Shown: one piece after another, positions 1 to 7,615 of the stretch
Layout of the letters: every line of letters starts with the position of its first letter
How positions within the stretch are numbered: position 1 is the first letter of the stretch
Assembly (NCBI RefSeq): GCF_006345805.1
Contig: NC_042999.1
Location: 129,828,001-129,892,000, forward strand
From: Octopus sinensis
Lineage: Eukaryota
Length of the DNA stretch: 64,000 bases
Reading direction: 5' to 3'
Made by a program: the position numbers and the translations under genes
The notes under the pieces: generated by a model
Database searches by the model: none
Told to the model about the DNA's origin: nothing
Seen by the model: only the letters and a program-made list of their open reading frames with translations

Positions 1-360
1 GTGGTTAAAAAGCTTATTTTGTAAGCATGTGGTCTTGAGTTCAGTCTCACTGTACAGCATCTTGGGCAAGTGTCTTCTACTATAGCTCTAGGCTGACCAA
101 TACCTTGAGAGTGAAATTACTAGACAGAAATTATGTGTAAGCCTAGTTTGTGTGTGTGTGTGAGTGCATGTGCGCATGTCTTTAGGTTTGTGTTTGCCCC
201 ACACTGTCACCACATTTTGGTTTGTTTATGTCCCTGCAACTTAGCGGTTTGGCAAAAGACACCAATAGAATAACTGTCAAACTTCAAAAAATTAAGTAGT
301 GGGCTTAATTTGTTTGACTAAACATTTCAAAACAGTGCCCTCACATAGCTGCAGTCCAGT
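1..360 (+). mobile_element. tRNA-derived SINE (abundant family A), 5' end cut by window edge
   Basis: Head GTGGTTAAAAAGC...GGTCTTGAGTTCAGTCTCACTG, then CTTGGGCAAGTGTCTTCTACTATAG, a central TG microsatellite and AACTTAGCGGTTTGGCAAAAGA body; the same family recurs many times in the window. End approximate. Confidence 0.75.
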
Positions 361-417
361 GTCACTCCATTGGTTATGATGACAAGGGTTCCAGTTGATC
401 TCATTAATGAAACAGTT

Positions 418-815
418 TTACTCTTTTACTCTTTTATTTGTTTCAGTCATTTGACTGTGGCCATGCTGGAGCACCATCATTAGTCAAGCAAATCGACCCC
501 AGGGCTTATTCTTTTTAAGCCTAGTACTTATTCTATCAGTCTCTTTTGCCGAACTGCTAAGTTACGGAGACGTAAACATACCAGCATCAGTTGTCAAGCG
601 ATGTTGGGGGGACAAACACAGACACAAACACACACACACGCATACATATATATACGACGGGCTTTCAGTTTCCTTCTACCAAATCCACTCACAAGGCTTT
701 ACTATAGCCCGGGGCTATAGTAGAAGACACTTGCCCAAGGTGCCATGCAGTGGGACTGAACCCGGAACCATGTGGTTGGTGAACAAGCTACTTACCACAC
801 AGACACTCCTGCGCC
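418..815 (-). mobile_element. tRNA-derived SINE family A, near full length
   Basis: Reverse complement of the family seen at 1-360, 23160-23566 and 59383-59810; degenerate B-box GGTTCAGTCCCAC; (TTTTACTC)n tail at the left end. Confidence 0.8.
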
Positions 816-1183
816 TTTGTTTGTGAAGTTATTATGTAAGTGGCTGAGCACTCCACAGACATGCATACCTTTGATGTAGTTCTCAGAGAGATTCAGTGTG
901 ACACAGAATGTGACAAAGCTGGCTCTTTGAATTACAGGTACCATTCATTTTTGCCAGCTGAGTGGACTGAAGCAATGTGAAATAAAGTATCTTACTTAAG
1001 GACACAATGCACCACTAGGAATCGAACCCACAACCTTACAACCATGAGCTGAATACCCTAACCACTAAACCATGCACCATCACTGTCCCATGACTGAAAC
1101 AAGTAAAAAATAGAAAGATAAAGATAGTAGTTGGAAAAAATTGTCACACAGTAAAATGTTAAATTGTAGATGAAATTACATAC

Positions 1184-1271
1184 TTTTCTCCAATTTCTCC
1201 TTGTTTAATAATCAACTCATTCGCCTTTTTTCTTTCAAATTTACAATTCCTTATGACATCTGTAATAGTTT
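1184..1271 (-). CDS. Coding exon of a cyclic nucleotide-binding domain (CNBD) protein
   Basis: Acceptor TTCTTTCCAG, donor GTATGT. Encodes (E)TITDVIRNCKFERKKANELIIKQGEIGE, the typical start of a cNMP-binding domain (IIKQGExG). Its phase matches the phase-1 end of exon 12702-12955 (G|AA = Glu). Confidence 0.85.
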
Positions 1272-1526
1272 CTGGAAAGAATAAGTTATATTTAGCTACA
1301 CAAAAATCTGTTCCAGCCATGTAGGTCAAAACTCAGTCACAGTAGAAGTATAAATATCTGAATCAGTTTTTATGAAACATATCAATCATTGACTGATATC
1401 ATCAATAGAATGCAACATCTTATGAAGATATCGAAAAAAATCCTCAGAAAGATTTCTTACCTGAAAAATGGGTAAAAGTTAATGACAGGACAAGCAGTTA
1501 GCTGTAAAATAATCTTTTCTACTAAA

Positions 1527-1732
1527 GACACAAGGCCTGAAATTTGGTGGGAGGGGACTAGTTGATTGCATCAACCCCAGTGTTTCACTTGTGGTTAATT
1601 TATCGACCTCAAAAGAATGAAAAACAAGGTTGACCTCAGCAGAATTTGAACTCAGAATGCAGCAACAGGTGAAATACTGATAAGCATTTCGTGCAGCATG
1701 CCAACAATTCCGTGCAGCATGCCAACTCATCA
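1527..1732 (-). mobile_element. Short SINE family B (ends GGCCTTGTG...)
   Basis: Shares TGAATTTGAACTCAGAA, GTTGACCTC, TCAACCCCAGTG and CAAGGCC blocks with copies at about 28400-28628, 37670-37870, 49490-49640, 54870-55083 and 56350-56565; small internal tandem duplication GTGCAGCATGCCAAC. Confidence 0.7.
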
Positions 1733-1840
1733 CCTTGTAAAATAATGTCTTAATAATGAATACTCACCCAACCCCAATACTAGCTTGGAAACAGATGTCA
1801 AATAAATCAACAAATATTTATGAATATATGCATGTGTATT

Positions 1841-1844
<4 letters not shown>

Positions 1845-1888
<44 letters not shown>
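1845..1888. repeat. (TA)n microsatellite, left flank/target of the Penelope-like element
   Basis: Pure TA run directly abutting the element; a matching (TA)n run at 9795-9816 abuts the other end. Confidence 0.95.
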
Positions 1889-1891
<3 letters not shown>

Positions 1892-2783
1892 ATCAAAATA
1901 AAAACATGATGCGAAGGATTCAGCGGTACATATGTTTCGGGCCTTTATTAGACAGATTTATAACAATGCATAATGTATGTCTGTGGCCTTCTTCAGCCGC
2001 GCACAACAGCTTCCACAAGGACATGTGTTACATCAAAAGTTCTTGGTTGGGGATGCAAATCCTCTCATTCGCGTACGACATAATGCGGCAGCAGCATAGA
2101 ATTGAAGCGTCCATCTCTTTCTTCTCTCAATGTAGAATGAGGAAATTTGGATGTTGAAGTAATGTAAATAAATAAATACATATATAGACGTGAAGATGGA
2201 GGGGCGAGAATTCAGGACGAGGGATAAAAAATGTATAAAAAGCGTAAGTATAGAAAAATATAAAAATGTAGAGTATAAAGATATAAAGGGATATAAGGAG
2301 ATGTAAAGGGGGTATAAAGAATATAAAGAGATATAAAGAAATATAAATAAATGTAAAGGCATAAGGTTATAAAGTAAAAATAGAAATAGAAATAAAAGTA
2401 AAGAGAATAAATCGAAGTAGAATAAAGGTAAAAATAAAAGTAAAAATAAAAATAAAATAAAATAAAACAAAAATATAATTTGGTAAAGTTTAACATGAGA
2501 TGAAGGTGGTTGAAAGTTAGAGGTGTGTGTTAAAGGTGCCCACGTAGGGGCGGGCGGGGGGAACTGAAAATTGGAAGGGTGGGAAGTGGAGTTTGGCGGT
2601 GTGCGTTCAACATCCGAGTTAGAAATGTGAAAGGGTATAGATATAGGGAAATAAAGAGACTATATAGGAAGGATATGGGTGTAGGGGAAGAAATATGTAG
2701 GGAAAAGAAGACATATATGGGAGACAAAATTTGTATATATAGGAGGAAAATGCAGGGAAACATATATGCACATACACACACAC
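1888..2783 (-). repeat. Inverted, internally deleted pLTR copy
   Basis: 1888-2402 is the reverse complement of 4438-4952 (515 bp) and 2403-2781 is the reverse complement of 3038-3416 (379 bp). The intervening 3417-4437 is missing. Confidence 0.95.
1923..2000 (-). ncRNA. Hammerhead ribozyme (type I), inverted pLTR copy
   Basis: Exact reverse complement of 4840-4917. Confidence 0.75.
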
Positions 2784-2972
2784 ACCATCCTGTATACACA
2801 AACTTATTAATACTTTCAAATACTACAAAGCTTAGGTTATTATACCAACTCCCCCATGCAATTTCCTCCCACCCGGTGCAACCGGTCGGCTCCAGCACAT
2901 CCCGCTTTCCTATATGTGCGTGTATATGCGTATATGTGTGCGTATATATATGTATGTGCACATATGTGTACG

Positions 2973-3016
<44 letters not shown>

Positions 3017-5028
3017 CGTGTGTGTGTGTGTGTGTGGGTGTGTGTATGTGCATATATGTTTCCCTGCATTTTCCTCCTATATATACAAATTTTGTCTCCC
3101 ATATATGTCTTCTTTTCCCTACATATTTCTTCCCCTACACCCATATCCTTCCTATATAGTCTCTTTATTTCCCTATATCTATACCCTTTCACATTTCTAA
3201 CTCGGATGTTGAACGCACACCGCCAAACTCCACTTCCCACCCTTCCAATTTTCAGTTCCCCCCGCCCGCCCCTACGTGGGCACCTTTAACACACACCTCT
3301 AACTTTCAACCACCTTCATCTCATGTTAAACTTTACCAAATTATATTTTTATTTTATTTTATTTTATTTTTATTTTTACTTTTATTTTTACCTTTATTCT
3401 ACTTCGATTTATTCTCATTTTTATTTTCATCCCTTATCTTAATTCTTATAATTTTTATAGTTTTTATATTTCATTTCTAACCTTTACATTGTATTTCTTA
3501 TTTTATACTGTATTTCTTACTTTTATTTCTAATTTTTACCCTTACCCTCATTCTTACCCCTAACTTATCGCTTTATATCTCTATATATGTCTTTTTTTTT
3601 GCTTATCCCTTATTTACTTACCTATGGATCCACTTTATGATTATATGAGCGTCCGTGTACGTATGTATACGTATACATATATGTACACATGTACGAGTAA
3701 ATACCTACGTCTGGATGTACATACCCCGTATTTCTTTTTTTACATGTTTTCTTATATTCATATGTTTACACCTATTTGTTTACATCTTTTAATATCTTAT
3801 AGCTATACCCATATGCGCGTATGTCTCTGTGTGTGTATGTAAGTGTATATGTGCACGCACATATGCACACACAGCCGTGTGTGCGTGCACGTGTAGACGT
3901 GAGTGCGCGATTCTTTACATACGTTCTTATATACATCCTTTAATATCTTATATCTAAACCTGAAAGCGTGGGCATATGCGTATGTGTATGTAAAGATGGG
4001 CGCACGTATGTACATATGGGTGTGTACACGTATAATGTCCGTGTATACATGCGGATATTCTGGTGTATGTATGTATATGTACGCGCGTGCGTACATATGT
4101 GTGTGTTTATGTACATGTTTACACGTGAGTGCATGTGTATGCTTATAGGCTTGGAGGCGTATATGTACGCGTGTATATGGGTGTATGTATCCATGATGGT
4201 ATGTATGTACTAGATGACCAATTAATTCAAAGAACCAGATTAAACGCTCAACAGCTCTGATTTACAACACATTAGGTCCCCAGACGACACTGTTGATTTA
4301 TTGACACCCAAAACTTCTACAACTAAATTTTATCAATCTCCTGACCATCATGTTTGGTCCGTAACCTCTATACATCCCTTATCTTTATATTTTTTTACAT
4401 TTTTATCATGTTTATTCCTATTTTTATTTTTTTACTTTTTACTTTTATTTCTATTTCTATTTTTACTTTATAACCTTATGCCTTTACATTTATTTATATT
4501 TCTTTATATCTCTTTATATTCTTTATACCCCCTTTACATCTCCTTATATCCCTTTATATCTTTATACTCTACATTTTTATATTTTTCTATACTTACGCTT
4601 TTTATACATTTTTTATCCCTCGTCCTGAATTCTCGCCCCTCCATCTTCACGTCTATATATGTATTTATTTATTTACATTACTTCAACATCCAAATTTCCT
4701 CATTCTACATTGAGAGAAGAAAGAGATGGACGCTTCAATTCTATGCTGCTGCCGCATTATGTCGTACGCGAATGAGAGGATTTGCATCCCCAACCAAGAA
4801 CTTTTGATGTAACACATGTCCTTGTGGAAGCTGTTGTGCGCGGCTGAAGAAGGCCACAGACATACATTATGCATTGTTATAAATCTGTCTAATAAAGGCC
4901 CGAAACATATGTACCGCTGAATCCTTCGCATCATGTTTTTATTTTGATCAATTTACTCCACCACCTACACCACCAAACGGTATACACAAGTGCTTATAAT
5001 TATCAAGTACTCACCCCGAATTTCTATA
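2784..5028 (+). repeat. Upstream pseudo-LTR (pLTR1)
   Basis: Direct repeat of 7564-9798. Begins with ACCATCCTGTATACAC (the last ~17 codons of the ORF) and ends ...CCCCGAATTTCTATA. About a dozen substitutions plus microsatellite length differences versus pLTR2. Confidence 0.95.
4840..4917 (+). ncRNA. Hammerhead ribozyme (type I), pLTR1; predicted cleavage after GUA at 4913
   Basis: Stem I GCGG(4840-43)/CCGC(4914-17). Core CUGAAGA(4844-50)+A. Stem II GGCC/GGCC plus ACAGA/UCUGU. GAAAC(4902-06). Palindromic stem III ACAUAUGU and a GUA cleavage triplet. Matches the conserved hammerhead core and the PLE-type short palindromic stem III. Confidence 0.8.
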
Positions 5029-5104
5029 CTCAACTCACCTACGTTGTCACTAGGATCTGATCCCACGTAACCGCGACAACCTTTAGTACTTGACGAACCC
5101 AAGC

Positions 5105-7615
5105 ATGAAGATTCAAAGGATTCACACTAACTTCTCTCCCAAGGACATACCTCTCCACTCCGACAAAACTTACACGACGACCCTCATCCACCGGACCACA
5201 GACTTTATTAGAAGAATCAGGTGGGCGGCCTACCATTTCGATAACCCGGGGAAAAGCAACCCCAACTCTAACCAAGAAGAAATAGCACACAGGAAGATAT
5301 TTAAAAGCAGAAGAAACCCACCCTCTAACTACGCACTGGAAAATTTTGAAAAAGACTTAATCGACCTCATTACCAACATCAACATTAGTAAACATAAGAC
5401 CATTTCCAACACCCACTTAAGGAGCCTTAAAGATTTCCTGCATTCACTTAGGAACGATGATAGTCTTATCATACCCGCCGACAAGACTGGGAACTGGTAT
5501 AGGTTAGACTACCAAACCTACAAATCGCTCATCATGAGGGAACTTAGCAAAAAATATAAAACTACTTCTACGGATAACCTTAAGGAAATTAACTACAAAA
5601 TCAAGGAAGTTATGAGCAAATTAGACCTCCTGGACAGAACGGAACCTATCAAACCACAAGTACCCAAAATTACTATTAAAGACCATAAGAAAGACTTCCC
5701 GGATAATGTAGGAGTACGATTAATCTGTCCGACTAAATCGGATATCGGCAGACTTAGCAAGACTATCCTGGTCAAGGTGATCCCACGCATCAAACCCCAC
5801 ATCCCACTCCAACTATGGATTAACACCGACGATGTGCTAGAATGGTTTAACACTATCACCAATAGGCCCAACTACTCATTCATCCAATTCGACATAGCTA
5901 GCTACTACGCCAGTATATCCCCCATCTTACTTAACAAATCCCTTATATTTGCCCGCAACCTTTCACTCATAGACAGAGAAAAAATTGACATAATACTATT
6001 AGCTAGAAAAACCATAATAGAATTCGACGGTAGACTCTGGACCAGATCCGATACCCCCGACAATTTTGATGTGGCTATGGGCTCGAGCAATTCAGCTCAG
6101 GTGACTGACTTGGTCGGGGCCTACCTGCTCAAGAAGCTTTTCTCCGAGGTACCGGATCTTCAGAGGGGTCTATACAGAGACGACGCTCTCTTCATATACC
6201 CCACCAACAATAGGAGTAAACTAGAAAGAATTAGGAAAAAGATCAGGCTTTTTTTCAAATCCTTCAATCTTAAACTAGAATTTATGACCAATACTAAAAT
6301 AGTAAACTTCTTAGATGTTACGTTAGACTTGAATAAGCACCTTCACCACCCGTATAGGAAACCCGAAGAAACTACCAAATACATCCATACCTCTTCCAAC
6401 CATCCACCCTGTATAATTAGCACCACGGTCCAAGCCATCTCAGACAGACTTACAAAACTATCCTCTAATAGAGAAATTTTCAATAATCACGCACAACACT
6501 ACAACCAGGCTCTCTATAGTGCCGGGTATAACCAGAGAATATCATATGTAGACCACCCGGGAACGTCCGTCGGACATAAAACTCCCAATTATAATCGAAC
6601 TCAGCACTCAACTCACACTAGCGATAATTCTAATTTAAACTCCATACAACGTATAGGAAATAGGCGAACTAATAGAATAGCACACAATAGCAACCCTCCC
6701 GACGAGAGCAATATAGATCCTATTAGGAGAAATAGAAGGGATAATAGTCGATTACGCAAATATATATGGTTCAACATACCTTACAACTTAGCAGTTAGGG
6801 GTAAGTTATGTAAGAGAATATTCTCTATCATTTCCAACAACTTCCCACCCACCCATAAGTATAGAAGTATCTTCTCCAACAAAACCATTAGGATTTCCTA
6901 CTCTACCCTGCCCAACATGAGCTGCCTCATAGCTAAACATAACTATATTAATATTAGAACAGCTAGATCAAGAGCAAACTATAGCGACCAACAGAACCCC
7001 CCTCATCTAGATAGTAGACAATATAACCAGACTGGCAGCCATACTACCCAAACAGTTAGTAATAACACCCGCCAACACAACAGAGGAAATACTACACCCA
7101 TCAACAACCAGGAGGATATCAACGCCCCCACTCGTATTGCAACACCTCCGCCTGGGATTAGCAGCACACGACCGAATAACGCAATGCAATGCAACTGCAG
7201 ATGTGCATCAGAGTGCCCGCTACAGGGCGCATGTAGGGCGAAAAACGTAATATATTCATGTGAGGTGAGTACCCAGTTTAACACACTCACCTACATAGGG
7301 TGCTCAACCTCCTGGAAATCCAGATACTACAACCACCGGTCCTCGCTGAAACACAGACATAAGGCTAACAGCACCTCCCTTTCTAAAAGAATTTGGGAAT
7401 TAAAAGACAAATGCATAGGCTTCAAACTCAGGTGGTCCATCATCGGATCAGCTGCACCTTATTTAAATAATAGAGCAGGATGCCAACTATGTTGTATAGA
7501 ACTCCTGAACATCTTGAAATTCAAAGACAAACACAATCTTATTAACAAAAGGTCAGAGTTCAAACCATCCTGTATACACAAACTTATTAATACTTTCAAA
7601 TACTACAAAGCTTAG
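5105..7615 (+). CDS. PLE polyprotein: reverse transcriptase + C-terminal GIY-YIG endonuclease (~836 aa from first ATG)
   Basis: Uninterrupted frame. RT motifs FIQFDIASYY, VAMGS and GLYRDD; thumb region VNFLDVTLDL...PYRKP and YIHTSSNHPP; Cys linker CNCRCASECPLQGAC; GIY-YIG VIY...TYIGCSTSWKSRYYNH; C-terminal CQLCCIE and SCIH. In-frame stop at 5084-86 upstream, so the first ATG is 5105 (the track starts at TTG 5090). Confidence 0.95.
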   Translation: MKIQRIHTNFSPKDIPLHSDKTYTTTLIHRTTDFIRRIRWAAYHFDNPGKSNPNSNQEEIAHRKIFKSRRNPPSNYALENFEKDLIDLITNINISKHKTISNTHLRSLKDFLHSLRNDDSLIIPADKTGNWYRLDYQTYKSLIMRELSKKYKTTSTDNLKEINYKIKEVMSKLDLLDRTEPIKPQVPKITIKDHKKDFPDNVGVRLICPTKSDIGRLSKTILVKVIPRIKPHIPLQLWINTDDVLEWFNTITNRPNYSFIQFDIASYYASISPILLNKSLIFARNLSLIDREKIDIILLARKTIIEFDGRLWTRSDTPDNFDVAMGSSNSAQVTDLVGAYLLKKLFSEVPDLQRGLYRDDALFIYPTNNRSKLERIRKKIRLFFKSFNLKLEFMTNTKIVNFLDVTLDLNKHLHHPYRKPEETTKYIHTSSNHPPCIISTTVQAISDRLTKLSSNREIFNNHAQHYNQALYSAGYNQRISYVDHPGTSVGHKTPNYNRTQHSTHTSDNSNLNSIQRIGNRRTNRIAHNSNPPDESNIDPIRRNRRDNSRLRKYIWFNIPYNLAVRGKLCKRIFSIISNNFPPTHKYRSIFSNKTIRISYSTLPNMSCLIAKHNYINIRTARSRANYSDQQNPPHLDSRQYNQTGSHTTQTVSNNTRQHNRGNTTPINNQEDINAPTRIATPPPGISSTRPNNAMQCNCRCASECPLQGACRAKNVIYSCEVSTQFNTLTYIGCSTSWKSRYYNHRSSLKHRHKANSTSLSKRIWELKDKCIGFKLRWSIIGSAAPYLNNRAGCQLCCIELLNILKFKDKHNLINKRSEFKPSCIHKLINTFKYYKA

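Noticed and set aside
2530-3289. Two 236-aa ORFs on opposite strands with identical N- and C-termini
   Set aside because: Artefact of the inverted repeat plus stop-free microsatellite sequence; no protein motifs.
4248-4296. CAACAG...CTGTTG hairpin in the pLTR as a second ribozyme (twister/pistol/hammerhead)
   Set aside because: Only a 6-bp closing stem and a GGTCCC word; no complete catalytic consensus found by eye.
3417-4437. The 1021-bp block missing from the inverted pLTR as a spliced-out PLE intron
   Set aside because: No GT...AG boundaries on either strand in any register I tried; the junction lies in A/T-rich microhomology, so a deletion or template jump is more likely.
4683-4934. 83-aa antisense ORF (MMRRIQRYICFG...) present in all three pLTR copies
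   Set aside because: Conservation is explained by copy recency; no recognisable domain; it overlaps the ribozyme on the opposite strand.
5090-5104. TTG start for the PLE ORF as given in the track
   Set aside because: Eukaryotic context; the ATG at 5105 precedes the conserved N-terminal block.
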